64,000 nt of DNA, taken from assembly GCA_037444725.1 (NCBI GenBank), contig JBBILW010000001.1, forward strand, positions 5,056 through 69,055, in the 5' to 3' direction. The notes under the pieces are model-generated. The model was not told the DNA's origin. It saw only the letters and a program-made list of their open reading frames with translations, and searched no databases. Origin of the DNA: Candidatus Jorgensenbacteria bacterium. Its GTDB lineage: Bacteria; Patescibacteriota; Minisyncoccia; UBA6257; GWB1-50-10. Shown here in pieces: positions 10,841 through 19,784 of this stretch (its first letter is position 1; every line of letters starts with the position of its first letter). Position numbers and translations under genes: made by a program.

Positions 10841-10981
10841 CCGATATCGCGCGTACCCCTCGGAACCAGAATACAAGCGCTCCAGCGGCGCTTGTTTCTT
10901 TTCTCTCGCCGTTTTCCTTCTCTTCGAGAAGACCAATCTAAAACGGCTCCGAGACATTCCTCGGAGCACGTGCGATATCGG
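10841..10981. repeat. About 140 bp palindromic element with 25 bp imperfect terminal inverted repeats (MITE-like), lying between the convergent recA and folD genes
   Basis: ccgatatcgcgcgtacccctcggaa at 10841 pairs with ttcctcggagcacgtgcgatatcgg at 10957 (20/25 complementary). Nested internal hairpins include gccgtttt/aaaacggc. Confidence 0.35.
10874..10904 (+). terminator. rho-independent terminator of recA
   Basis: caagcgc-tccagcg-gcgcttg hairpin followed by a T-rich tract. Confidence 0.6.
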
Positions 10982-11012
10982 ATAGATGAGGTAAGTCGGG
11001 CAGAGCAGAAGT

Positions 11013-11849
11013 TTAGGAATTCAATGCGTAGAAGTTTTTGAATAGCTGCGCGACAAGTATGGGACCCGTGCCACCCGGCGTCGGCGTAAAGCTAAGCGAG
11101 TCGGGCGCGCCTTTTGCTTCAAAATCGCCCGCAATGCGGCCGCGCTCCGCGCTATAACCAAAATCTACGACGAGCGCATCGTGCTTTACCATCGACGCCT
11201 TCACAAGTCCCGCGCTTCCCACGCCGATGATAACGATATCCATGTGCTTTAACTCCGATAAATCGCTCCCTTTATCGAGATAATGGATTTCGGAGCTCTT
11301 GCCGAGAAGCCACGTCCCGATGGGTTTTCCCACAAGTGAGCCCAAACCCACGACGCCGATTTTCTTGTGCTCGATAAACCAACCCGCAATTGAGGCGTCG
11401 TCGCCGCGTGCGTGAATGAGCTTTCTGTCGAGTACCGCAAGAAGCGTGCCGACCGAGGGAGGCAGAATTTTTCCTCGTCCCGTATAGAATGCGCCGAGTG
11501 CGCGCTCGCTCAATACGTCAACATCAACCTCGCGAGGAATCGAGTTTAGAAGATACTGCGCATTGAGATGCGCGGGAAGCGGCAGTTGGATAATAATGCC
11601 GCCGCATGCCTTTTTCTCCGCAATCGAGGCAATCTCTTTCCTCAAGTCGTCTTCACGCACGCGCTCGGAGTATGCGTGCAGTTCAAACGGTATACCGAGG
11701 CGCTTTGCGATTTTTTCTTTCTGCTTTATGAAGCTGAGAGACGCGGGCTCCTTGCCCACGAGAATCGCGTGGAGCGTCTTCTTCATCTTTTTCCCCGATT
11801 CGAGTTCCGCCAATATTTCTTCCGCAATCTGTTTGCCGTCGATTATCAT
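11013..11849 (-). CDS. folD: bifunctional methylene-THF dehydrogenase/methenyl-THF cyclohydrolase
   Basis: MIIDGKQIAEEIL start and PGGTGP motif, with FolD-like similarity over the full length. The track ORF is trimmed to the conserved Met. Confidence 0.85.
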   Translation of the reverse strand: MIIDGKQIAEEILAELESGKKMKKTLHAILVGKEPASLSFIKQKEKIAKRLGIPFELHAYSERVREDDLRKEIASIAEKKACGGIIIQLPLPAHLNAQYLLNSIPREVDVDVLSERALGAFYTGRGKILPPSVGTLLAVLDRKLIHARGDDASIAGWFIEHKKIGVVGLGSLVGKPIGTWLLGKSSEIHYLDKGSDLSELKHMDIVIIGVGSAGLVKASMVKHDALVVDFGYSAERGRIAGDFEAKGAPDSLSFTPTPGGTGPILVAQLFKNFYALNS

Positions 11850-11905
11850 GGACTCACTATACCACCCAATACAAACGCCCTCCACATGAGGGCGTTCCTA
11901 GAAAC

Positions 11906-12010
11906 TTACTGCGGCCGTACGAAGAAGAGGGGAATATACGCGCCCACCATTCCTATAATGAGCAGCGAAACGAATATGACTTTCAACCAATGCTTCTTGT
12001 CGTGTTTCAT
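11906..12010 (-). CDS. 34-aa hydrophobic small protein (putative)
   Basis: ATG...TAA ORF encoding MKHDKKHWLKVIFVSLLIIGMVGAYIPLFFVRPQ. It fits the gap between folD and the exonuclease gene, and a hairpin lies downstream. Confidence 0.25.
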   Translation of the reverse strand: MKHDKKHWLKVIFVSLLIIGMVGAYIPLFFVRPQ

Positions 12011-12013
12011 ATT

Positions 12014-12631
12014 TTAAAATAATTGCGCAGGCGGCGGCATTACTTCCTTATAATCGTCGAAACTCATCTTCATCATCTCGGTTGTGTTGCGCTGGGGAAT
12101 GTAGAGGAACTTTTTCGCAAGCATCTGATCGTAGATGCGCTTCGTCACCTTCACGTCCTGCGTGCAGTATGATTTCAATTTTTCCATTTCGCCGTTGCGG
12201 TAGAACTCGATTGCCTGGAGTCCGCTCGCGCTCTTGCCCTCGCCGAGGTTCGCTTCCGCGAGTACGCCAAGCCCGATGCGTCGTCCCATGCGGCTCTCGA
12301 TCTCCTCCAATATATCGCAGTGCGCGATTTTCGCAATATTCGATTTGAAATATTTCTCGAGCACCGGCACGTCGAAGCGTTTGCTTGCGAAACCTATGAG
12401 GAGATACGCATTTTTAAAATACGCTTCGATTTTGTCGAGCTCGTGTTCCGTGAAGCAGTGGTATGCGTCCTCGTTATACGAGTAGAGGCCCACAACCGAC
12501 ATTTCTAACTTCGCGATGTTGCCCTGTCCGCCGACGTCGGCAAACGTGTTCTTTGTTTCGATATCAAATACAATTCTGTCTCTCATGAGTAAATTTTTTT
12601 GAAATATATTTTTATGTGTGCCTATCCGCAA
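12014..12631 (-). CDS. DEDD-type 3'-5' exonuclease (YprB/RNase_H_2-like)
   Basis: FDIET exo motif I with an RNase-H-like fold pattern. Confidence 0.6.
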   Translation of the reverse strand: MRIGTHKNIFQKNLLMRDRIVFDIETKNTFADVGGQGNIAKLEMSVVGLYSYNEDAYHCFTEHELDKIEAYFKNAYLLIGFASKRFDVPVLEKYFKSNIAKIAHCDILEEIESRMGRRIGLGVLAEANLGEGKSASGLQAIEFYRNGEMEKLKSYCTQDVKVTKRIYDQMLAKKFLYIPQRNTTEMMKMSFDDYKEVMPPPAQLF

Positions 12632-13106
12632 CGCTCGATGCTGCGTAGCTCTCCGGCTTCGTTTTCACTTCGAAATTGCTCGCGCGAATCATGCCCACCA
12701 CCTCCTGGATGAGCGCATTCGTGGGGCCGTGCGCGCCCACGTCCGCATGTATCTCAAACTCCCACTGGGGAATGAGATCTATCGTCTCCTGTTTCTTGAG
12801 TTCCGCAAGAAGCATATGCGCGGCTTCGAGTGAAATCATTACTTCATGAATAATGCGGTCGCGGAGCGTATGGTACTTCGTCTTGTCGTCCATTCTGCGC
12901 CAAAAATAACGGCCGCCTCGCCCCACGCGGTGCACTACGATTGCGTTCACAAAATCAGCGGTCTTGTCCGCAAGGCCTTGCGAATCGGTGCCGATAATTA
13001 TTTTGTAGGTCCGCTTCGGGTCCTCTTTCATGAACGTGATAATCGCCGCGACTACCGCATTCACTTCAAGCTGTACGCCGAACGAACTGCAATACGTTTC
13101 CCGCAT
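12612..13106 (-). CDS. DUF458/YkuK-like RNase-H-fold protein
   Basis: IIGTDSQ, HRVGRGGRYF and a C-terminal VADRHT are typical of the YkuK family. The gene overlaps the exonuclease gene by 20 nt. Confidence 0.5.
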   Translation of the reverse strand: MRETYCSSFGVQLEVNAVVAAIITFMKEDPKRTYKIIIGTDSQGLADKTADFVNAIVVHRVGRGGRYFWRRMDDKTKYHTLRDRIIHEVMISLEAAHMLLAELKKQETIDLIPQWEFEIHADVGAHGPTNALIQEVVGMIRASNFEVKTKPESYAASSVADRHT

Positions 13107-13177
13107 TCATCTACCTTAGCGCAGGGGGAGAGGGAGAGTCAATCGACAATACTCCAGATTAGAGTAGAATTACGCCC

Positions 13178-14059
13178 ATGGCACAGGAAAAATTCAGAGC
13201 TATTACTGAAACCCAAGCAATCAATTTTCACGGCACATTCTTCAAAAAAGCAGTGCGTGACATTCTAGAGGAAGTTCCTGGTATGAGTATTCGAGAAGAG
13301 TATCCGGTACTTTATGAAAAGGATGCCTCAATCGATTTACTGGCAACATATCATGTAGATAAGTTTAAGCAATATATACCGATGGAATGCAAGCGTGCCT
13401 TACCAAGTGCAAAACATTGGCTATTTTTTCCTGTAAGTCACGGACTTACAACACGGGACGCACAGGCTATCCATCGTATAGATGGCTTTGGTAAATCAAC
13501 CAGGATCGGCGTCACAACCACGCCTATCTTAATCGACTCGGTGTGTATAGAGGGCATGGAAATAGAAACGAACGGAGAAACATTTCGAGCCAATCCTTCA
13601 CCAATTTGGGAGGCTGCCGAACAGATTGCCCGTAACTATATTGGTTTTGTTTTACAAGAACGCGATGAGCGTCAGCGTACCACACATGATGAAGGTCCTG
13701 ACCCAGTGGCAATGTTTCCGATGCTTATTACGACCGCAAAGCTTCATATTGCAAAATATGATGCCACAAAAATTCATCTCGGAGATGGTAATTATCCCAT
13801 AGATATCGAAAAACGAGAGGTGCCGTTTCTCTCCTTGAATCACCCGTTCATTCCTCAACGCAATGGAGTTGCCATCTTTGATACTGTTTTGCCAAGTAGT
13901 GTTTCTCCGCTTGTTGGCTCTTCGAGAGAATACGACAATCCCTGGATGCGGGAATCATTTCACAAACAATCAATTATTGTTGTGAATGCCATGCATTTGA
14001 AAGAATTTTTTGCCGCATATATTGCAAGCACCCAAGCTGGCGAACCTCAGGCGAAATAA
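13178..14059 (+). CDS. hypothetical protein with an N-terminal PD-(D/E)xK-like motif, encoded by a low-GC gene
   Basis: A clean 293-aa ORF. Its GC content and third-codon-position usage are clearly lower than in the neighbouring genes. The N-terminus has D(x16)ECK spacing. Confidence 0.6.
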   Translation: MAQEKFRAITETQAINFHGTFFKKAVRDILEEVPGMSIREEYPVLYEKDASIDLLATYHVDKFKQYIPMECKRALPSAKHWLFFPVSHGLTTRDAQAIHRIDGFGKSTRIGVTTTPILIDSVCIEGMEIETNGETFRANPSPIWEAAEQIARNYIGFVLQERDERQRTTHDEGPDPVAMFPMLITTAKLHIAKYDATKIHLGDGNYPIDIEKREVPFLSLNHPFIPQRNGVAIFDTVLPSSVSPLVGSSREYDNPWMRESFHKQSIIVVNAMHLKEFFAAYIASTQAGEPQAK

Positions 14060-14220
14060 TTTAGATTTCTAAGCGCTTCGGTGTCTCCTTCGCCTCTCGG
14101 CTCACCGTCGCTCACCTCGGGCTAGGCACCGCCTCGCGTGCAATTCTGCTGAATTGCACAAGCTCCGGCGTTCGACACCCGAACGCAAGGCGAGTAGTCG
14201 CCTTGCTCCATCACCCACAG

Positions 14221-14252
14221 CAAAACCCCGCCAAGAGGCGGGGGGTTTTGTG
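14221..14252. terminator. bidirectional rho-independent terminator immediately 3' of tRNA-Val
   Basis: ccccgcc-aaga-ggcgggg hairpin flanked by A- and T-runs. Confidence 0.55.
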
Positions 14253-14324
14253 TGGGCGCTGAGGGTGTCGAACCCCCGACCTACTCGGTGTAAACGAGTC
14301 GCTCTACCGCTGAGCTAAGCGCCC
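14253..14324 (-). tRNA. tRNA-Val (anticodon TAC)
   Basis: Manual cloverleaf fold: acceptor stem GGGCGCT/AGCGCCC, anticodon loop TTTACAC, T-loop TTCGACA. Length is 72 nt with no encoded CCA. Confidence 0.85.
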
Positions 14325-14344
14325 TTTCTGACTACGATAGTGTA

Positions 14345-14380
14345 TACAAAAAAGCGGGACCAATCAACTGGTCCCGCTTT
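14345..14380 (-). terminator. rho-independent terminator of the adenosine deaminase gene
   Basis: agcgggacc...ggtcccgct hairpin followed by a TTTTTTG run on the minus strand. Confidence 0.5.
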
Positions 14381-14388
14381 GAGATTAA

Positions 14389-15414
14389 TTAGAACGCGAA
14401 TGCGCCCCTGAAGACGTTCTTCTCGAGAAGGCGCGCCTCCGTTTCCGTGAAATTGAACACCGCATCGCATCGCTCGATGACCTCCGGCATCGCCGGCAGG
14501 AAGAAGTCATCATCCGGGTTCAACGTGTAGCAGAGCCCGGCATCGAGAAGCTCAGGAATCCTCAACTCCTCGAGCGTCCCGATCGCACCCGTCGTAAGAT
14601 TCGAGAGGGGACAGCCTGCGACGCGGATGTGATTGTCCACCATGTAGCTCACCGTGTCGGGGTAGTCCACGAGCGGAATCGCGTGGCCCACGCCGTCGCA
14701 CTTCAGCACGTGGATAGCGGTGTGGATGTTGCGCATGAGGCGCGCACGATAGGTCTCGCGCGGCTCTTTCGCAACCCACTCGCCCGCGTGACAGTCCCGC
14801 CGCACCTTGCTGCCGAATGTGAGCTTGTACGCCTCGTAATGCTTTTCCGGCGGATGCGCCGCCTCATCGCACACGAGATTCAGCGCCGCTTCTCCGTCGA
14901 ACTCGAGCGCGATGCGCGCGATATCTTTTCCCGTCTCCACGTCCGCCTCGCGGCCGATGCAGATGTGCGGGAACACGCGGATATCGAGATTGAACTCGGT
15001 CGACTGCGCTGCTTCCACGAAGGCATGCGCGGCCTCGCGCATAGTGAGACCCTGCTTCGTGTGATACTGCGGCGCAAGATACGCCTCGACATACCGGTAT
15101 CCTTCAGCGCTGCGCGTGCGCGCATATTCGCGCACCGCATGGCGAATCGCCTCCTTCTTCTGAAGTGCGTTCGTGATGAGCGAAAACTTCTTCACGAGAT
15201 CAACGTGCACATTGCCGAAGAACGTTGCGAGCCTCTCCGGACTGCCTGCATTCTCCGCAACCTCGTACGGCAACGGCAACCCCGAGAGCTCGTAGAGCGT
15301 CGGGAGCGCTTTTGCGACTGCCATGCTTCCATCCACGTGGTCATGGTGCAATCCGCGAATAAACGGTTTCATGCGCGCCTTCCTTTCCCTGTTGGTTGGT
15401 AAGCTTCTCCTCAA
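14389..15414 (-). CDS. add: adenosine/adenine deaminase-family amidohydrolase
   Basis: HHDHVDGS metal-binding start and NPDDD motifs. Confidence 0.75.
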   Translation of the reverse strand: MRRSLPTNRERKARMKPFIRGLHHDHVDGSMAVAKALPTLYELSGLPLPYEVAENAGSPERLATFFGNVHVDLVKKFSLITNALQKKEAIRHAVREYARTRSAEGYRYVEAYLAPQYHTKQGLTMREAAHAFVEAAQSTEFNLDIRVFPHICIGREADVETGKDIARIALEFDGEAALNLVCDEAAHPPEKHYEAYKLTFGSKVRRDCHAGEWVAKEPRETYRARLMRNIHTAIHVLKCDGVGHAIPLVDYPDTVSYMVDNHIRVAGCPLSNLTTGAIGTLEELRIPELLDAGLCYTLNPDDDFFLPAMPEVIERCDAVFNFTETEARLLEKNVFRGAFAF

Positions 15415-15475
15415 GTTCTACCACCTCCTCACGTGACACGCAAACAAAAAAGCGCTCTTGGCGCCTTTTTCTTTG

Positions 15476-15547
15476 TCGGTCCGGCAGGACTCGAACCTGC
15501 AACCGGGCGTGTATAAGACGCCTGCTCTGCCATTGAGCTACGGACCG
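15476..15547 (-). tRNA. tRNA-Ile (anticodon TAT)
   Basis: Manual cloverleaf fold: acceptor stem CGGTCCG/CGGACCG, anticodon stem GGCGT/ACGCC, anticodon loop CTTATAC, T-loop TTCGAGT. Confidence 0.75.
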
Positions 15548-15591
15548 TTTCTCCTCCCGCAACTATACCAAGAGGGGAGGAGACAAATCAA

Positions 15592-17436
15592 CTAACCTTC
15601 AAGCGTCGCCATCTCGAAACCGAATTTCTTGATGATGGCATAAAACTCTTCCTGCTCCAATGTTTCGCGCACCACGAGCGCTTCCGCAATTGCGTCGAGC
15701 GCCTTGCGATTCTTCGTGATGACCGTCTTCGCGACCGCGAGTGCCTTATTAATGTACGCGTTCACCTCGTCATCAATTTTTGCACCCAGCGATTCGGAGA
15801 AATCGCGCTCATTTCCAAAATCGCGTCCCAGGAAGACCGCTTCCTGCGCACGCCCATACGAACGAGGACCAAGCTTCTCGCTCATGCCGTACTGCGTCAC
15901 GAGGCGCGTTGCCACATCCGTCGCGTTCCGAATATCGCTCGAAGAACCCGTCGTAACATCTTTAAATACCGTAAGTTCCGATGCGTAGCCGCCGAATGAG
16001 ACTGCGAGGTCCGCGAGGAATTGCGCCTTCGTGTGCAGTCTGCGCTCTTCAAGCGGAAGCTTTAGCGTGTAACCTCCCGCCATGCCGCGGCTCACGATAG
16101 AAACTTTGTGCACGGGGTCGGCGTCTTTCAATGCCGCCGCAACAAGCGCATGGCCCGCTTCATGGTATGCGGTAATTTCTTTTTCTTTCGGCGTGATGAC
16201 GCGGCTCCTGCGCGCCGGACCGAGCAACACCTTTTCTACGGAGTTCAAGAAATCCTCCTGCGCTACCGTCTTGCGGTTATTGCGCGCCGCAAGAATCGCG
16301 GCCTCGTTCACGAGGTTTGAGAGATCCGCACCGGCAAATCCCGGCGTACGTGTCGCGACTACCTTCAAATCAACGTCGTTCGCGAGCGGCTTCCCCTTCA
16401 CATGAATCTTCAAAATGTCTTCGCGGTCTTTTACGTCGGGCATATCCAAAACCACACGGCGGTCAAATCTTCCCGGGCGGAGCAACGCAGGATCCAACAC
16501 ATCGGGGCGGTTCGTCGCCGCAATTACGATGACGCTCGTGTCGCGATCGAAGCCGTCCATTTCGACGAGAATCTGGTTGAGTGTCTGTTCGCGCTCATCG
16601 TGTCCACCACCCATTCCTGTGCCGCGTTCGCGGCCGACCGCATCGATTTCATCGATGAAAATAATGGAGGGCGCCGCCTGTTTTGCGATGTGGAACAAAT
16701 CACGCACGCGGGACGCACCCACGCCGACGAACATTTCGACGAATTCGGATGCGGAGATGTGGAAGAAGGGGACGCCCGCCTCGCCTGCAACTGCGCGCGC
16801 AAGCATCGTCTTTCCCGTACCCGGTGAGCCCATGAGGAGCACGCCGCGCGGAATCTTCGCGCCAATTGCCGTGAACTTCTTCGAGTTCTTCAGGAACTCC
16901 ACCACCTCGAGCAACTCTTCTTTTGCTTCCTTCAGTCCCGCAACATCTTTAAACGTTGCCTTGTCTTTCGAGGGCGCAAAGAGCCGCACATTCACCTTAC
17001 CGAACGAGAATGCCTGGCCCGCGCCGGATTTTGCCTGGCGGAATATCCACCAGAACATCACCACCATCACAATGACGGGGATAAGAATTGGCAAAAGCAT
17101 ATTCATCCAGTATTTTGTGCCGCTCTCATCCTGAACTTTGAACTCAACTTTCTGAAGGTCTTCTGCTTTTACGCCGTAATTCTTGAGCGTCTCCGAAAAA
17201 CCCGTTTCGTTTTCTTTGCGTGAGGTCGCTGTGTCGTTATTCGTGAGCGTAATCTGGAGCTCGTTGCCGTTCACGACAAGCGATTTCACTTCTCCCGCAG
17301 TAATTTTTTTCGCGACTTCGCTCATCGAGAGCGAAAGGGGCTGCTTCGCCTCCGTCCCGGTGATCGAAGCAAAGAGAAGCGATGCGATAAAGAGCGCAGC
17401 GACTGCCCAAATGATGTTTTTCCACAATGGTTTCAT
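15592..17436 (-). CDS. ftsH: ATP-dependent zinc metalloprotease FtsH
   Basis: AAA Walker A (GSPGTGKT), SRH region and HEAGH zinc motif. Start trimmed to [10 protein letters not shown]. Confidence 0.9.
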   Translation of the reverse strand: MKPLWKNIIWAVAALFIASLLFASITGTEAKQPLSLSMSEVAKKITAGEVKSLVVNGNELQITLTNNDTATSRKENETGFSETLKNYGVKAEDLQKVEFKVQDESGTKYWMNMLLPILIPVIVMVVMFWWIFRQAKSGAGQAFSFGKVNVRLFAPSKDKATFKDVAGLKEAKEELLEVVEFLKNSKKFTAIGAKIPRGVLLMGSPGTGKTMLARAVAGEAGVPFFHISASEFVEMFVGVGASRVRDLFHIAKQAAPSIIFIDEIDAVGRERGTGMGGGHDEREQTLNQILVEMDGFDRDTSVIVIAATNRPDVLDPALLRPGRFDRRVVLDMPDVKDREDILKIHVKGKPLANDVDLKVVATRTPGFAGADLSNLVNEAAILAARNNRKTVAQEDFLNSVEKVLLGPARRSRVITPKEKEITAYHEAGHALVAAALKDADPVHKVSIVSRGMAGGYTLKLPLEERRLHTKAQFLADLAVSFGGYASELTVFKDVTTGSSSDIRNATDVATRLVTQYGMSEKLGPRSYGRAQEAVFLGRDFGNERDFSESLGAKIDDEVNAYINKALAVAKTVITKNRKALDAIAEALVVRETLEQEEFYAIIKKFGFEMATLEG

Positions 17437-17548
17437 ATGATTTATATATTGCTCACTTACTATAGTGGAAGTGAACGATAGCCGCAACGCCAACAACTCA
17501 TATAAAAATTCCGCCCTTCGTTTCACGAAGAGCGGGATTTTTTTCGGT

Positions 17549-18640
17549 TTACTTCTTGAATTTCAAGCTGATTCTGCGCTCTGCGGGTTTCACCGTATCA
17601 ATGGTGAAGTGGTACTCCTTTCCCACCGCGAGCTGCTTGCGCATCTCGTCCGCGCCGCCGAATTCCGTGACGTGCACATACCCTTGGTACGTGTCGTCGA
17701 GATTTACAATGGCGCCAAACGGATTGAACATGTAGACCTTACCCGTCACATCCTGGCCATCCTTATAACGATTCATGACGATAGTCCACGGATCTTCCTT
17801 GAGGGCTTTGAGCGAGAGTGAAATCTTGCCGTCCTTGATTTCGATGATTTTCGCCTTCACTGCTTCGTCAACCTTCACTACGTCCTTCGGATTTTCAACA
17901 ATGCGATAGTCGAGCTCTGAAACGTGAATGAGGCCTTCCACCGCGGGGTTATCCATGAACTTCACGAACGCGCCGAAATCGGCAACACCCGAGACCACGC
18001 CCTCGATAACCTGGCCCACCGTGTAGTTCTTTACGAGCTCACGCGAAGAAACTTCCGTCGCTTCCTTCTCAGAAATGATGAGTTTGCCCGTGCGGACGTT
18101 CGCATCAATGATTTTTACCGAGATATCGGCACCCACCAAGCGCTGCAATGCGCCTGAGATTTCCGTGCGCTCCGCGGTTGTTGCTTTGGGATAGTGCTCA
18201 CCTGCAAGCTGGGAGACGGGGAGGAAGGCTGAGATACCTTTCACGTTCGCAATAAGGCCGCCCTTGTTGAAACCGGTGATTTTCACCGTGAACGCCTCGT
18301 CCTTACCCTTCAATTCGTCCACCTCGCCCCATGCCTTCTGCTTGCCCGCTTCCGCGAGCGAGAGTTCTACATACCCCTCGTCGTTGTCCACTTCAAGGAC
18401 TTTCGCATGAATCTTGCCGCCAATATCCACGCTTTTCACGAGTTCGCGCGCATTCTGGAGCTCGCCGCGATACACTGCGCCCGTACCGTGCCTGCCAAGA
18501 TCGACAAGCATCATTCTTGAGCCCTTGCTGAACACCGTTCCCTCGACGAGATCTCCCACTTTAATGGAAGAAAACACCTGCGGGTTCGATTTCGCAAGCT
18601 GGTTCAAGATCAGCATGCCGTTCTTTACGATATTCATAGT
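17549..18640 (-). CDS. rpsA: 30S ribosomal protein S1 (four S1 domains)
   Basis: Repeated S1 OB-fold motifs. Start trimmed to MNIVKNG. Confidence 0.8.
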   Translation of the reverse strand, partial: TMNIVKNGMLILNQLAKSNPQVFSSIKVGDLVEGTVFSKGSRMMLVDLGRHGTGAVYRGELQNARELVKSVDIGGKIHAKVLEVDNDEGYVELSLAEAGKQKAWGEVDELKGKDEAFTVKITGFNKGGLIANVKGISAFLPVSQLAGEHYPKATTAERTEISGALQRLVGADISVKIIDANVRTGKLIISEKEATEVSSRELVKNYTVGQVIEGVVSGVADFGAFVKFMDNPAVEGLIHVSELDYRIVENPKDVVKVDEAVKAKIIEIKDGKISLSLKALKEDPWTIVMNRYKDGQDVTGKVYMFNPFGAIVNLDDTYQGYVHVTEFGGADEMRKQLAVGKEYHFTIDTVKPAERRISLKFKK

Positions 18641-18743
18641 GCTAACAGAATATGCACTTTTGTAAGGTAAGTCAACCCCAAAGTGGTAAAAATGGTCGTT
18701 GAAAAAGGGGCAAAAATGCCGTATAATTACCGGCAGATATTCT

Positions 18744-19331
18744 ATGATAATCACGTATCAGGGTAATAATTATTTCAAAATTCAGTCGGGAGAGTTCGCT
18801 ATTCTCATTGATCCGGAAAACCAACGCTCCTTCAGAGGCACTCAGATCATCATTAATACGGTACGTCCGACCCTCGCGGAGCCAGTAGAGGGCGGCGCAG
18901 AGGGGGAGAAGCCGTTCTGGATTGAACATCAGGGCGAGTATGAGGTTAAGGGCGTGCGCGTACAGGGCTGGACAAGCGGCAACGAAGGAGACAAGAAAGT
19001 ATTGACCTGCTATCGCATTATCTTTGACGAGATGACGATAGTGGTGCTCGGCCACCTGGCAGAGGAGCTGCCGCAGGCGCTCATTTCGGAACTTGCAGAC
19101 GCTGATATCGCCTTCGTGCCTGCAGGAGGAAAGCCCTACCTTGCACAAAGCGCGGTTGCAAAACTCTTGCGCCAGCTTGAGCCGGGAATCGTTATTCCGA
19201 CGCTCTTCAAAGACGTGAAACCGTTTTTGAAGGAGCTTGACCAGACCGACGTGAAGGAAGAGGAGAAGTTAGTCATTAAAAAGAAGGACATTGCACCCAA
19301 GGCGATGAAGGTGCATTGGCTCGGACAATAA
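18744..19331 (+). CDS. MBL-fold hydrolase-like protein (Lactamase_B_3/UPF0173 type)
   Basis: MIITYQGNNYFKIQSGEFAILIDP N-terminus. A TATAAT box sits 16 nt upstream of the start. Confidence 0.55.
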   Translation: MIITYQGNNYFKIQSGEFAILIDPENQRSFRGTQIIINTVRPTLAEPVEGGAEGEKPFWIEHQGEYEVKGVRVQGWTSGNEGDKKVLTCYRIIFDEMTIVVLGHLAEELPQALISELADADIAFVPAGGKPYLAQSAVAKLLRQLEPGIVIPTLFKDVKPFLKELDQTDVKEEEKLVIKKKDIAPKAMKVHWLGQ

Positions 19332-19783
19332 TGTTCACACGAATCTCACAATTTATCGCTTCGCTCCGCACGGCGGACAACGCTACCAAGAAGAACTGGA
19401 TAATAGGAGCTTCTGCCGTTTCGATGGTCTTCGTGATTCTTCTCTGGCTCGTGTATCTCACGCTTACCTTGCCCTCACTCCCCAGTGATACGAACACGGA
19501 AACAGGTCAGACTGCCGCCGCCACAGAAACCGCTCCGTCCGAACCTACATTCTTTTCGACATTTAGCAGGGGCATCAGCGTTCTCATACACCAGTCGGAA
19601 GCGGGACTCGCGGCATTTGCCTCAAAAATCGCGGAAAATGTTGAAACAATAAAAAAGAGCGTTGAAAAGAAAAACGTGATAGAGGTGAAAGGACCCGAAC
19701 CATCGCGCACTGCAACGACGCCGGCAACGACAACCGCAGCAACTAGCACCGAACCGACCGCCTCAACTTCGACACCTCAATAA
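19331..19783 (+). CDS. membrane-anchored hypothetical protein with a Thr/Ala-rich tail
   Basis: TAATG overlap with the upstream gene, one TM helix, and a low-complexity [14 protein letters not shown]-terminus. Confidence 0.4.
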   Translation: MFTRISQFIASLRTADNATKKNWIIGASAVSMVFVILLWLVYLTLTLPSLPSDTNTETGQTAAATETAPSEPTFFSTFSRGISVLIHQSEAGLAAFASKIAENVETIKKSVEKKNVIEVKGPEPSRTATTPATTTAATSTEPTASTSTPQ

Positions 19784-19784
19784 C

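Noticed and set aside
17549-18754. N-terminal extensions of track ORFs for rpsA, the PBP (56229-56276), rpmH (50819-50866), folD and ftsH
   Set aside because: The extensions are non-conserved and hydrophobic or Cys-rich. They overlap neighbouring promoters or hairpins. Internal Met codons that match conserved N-termini were used instead.
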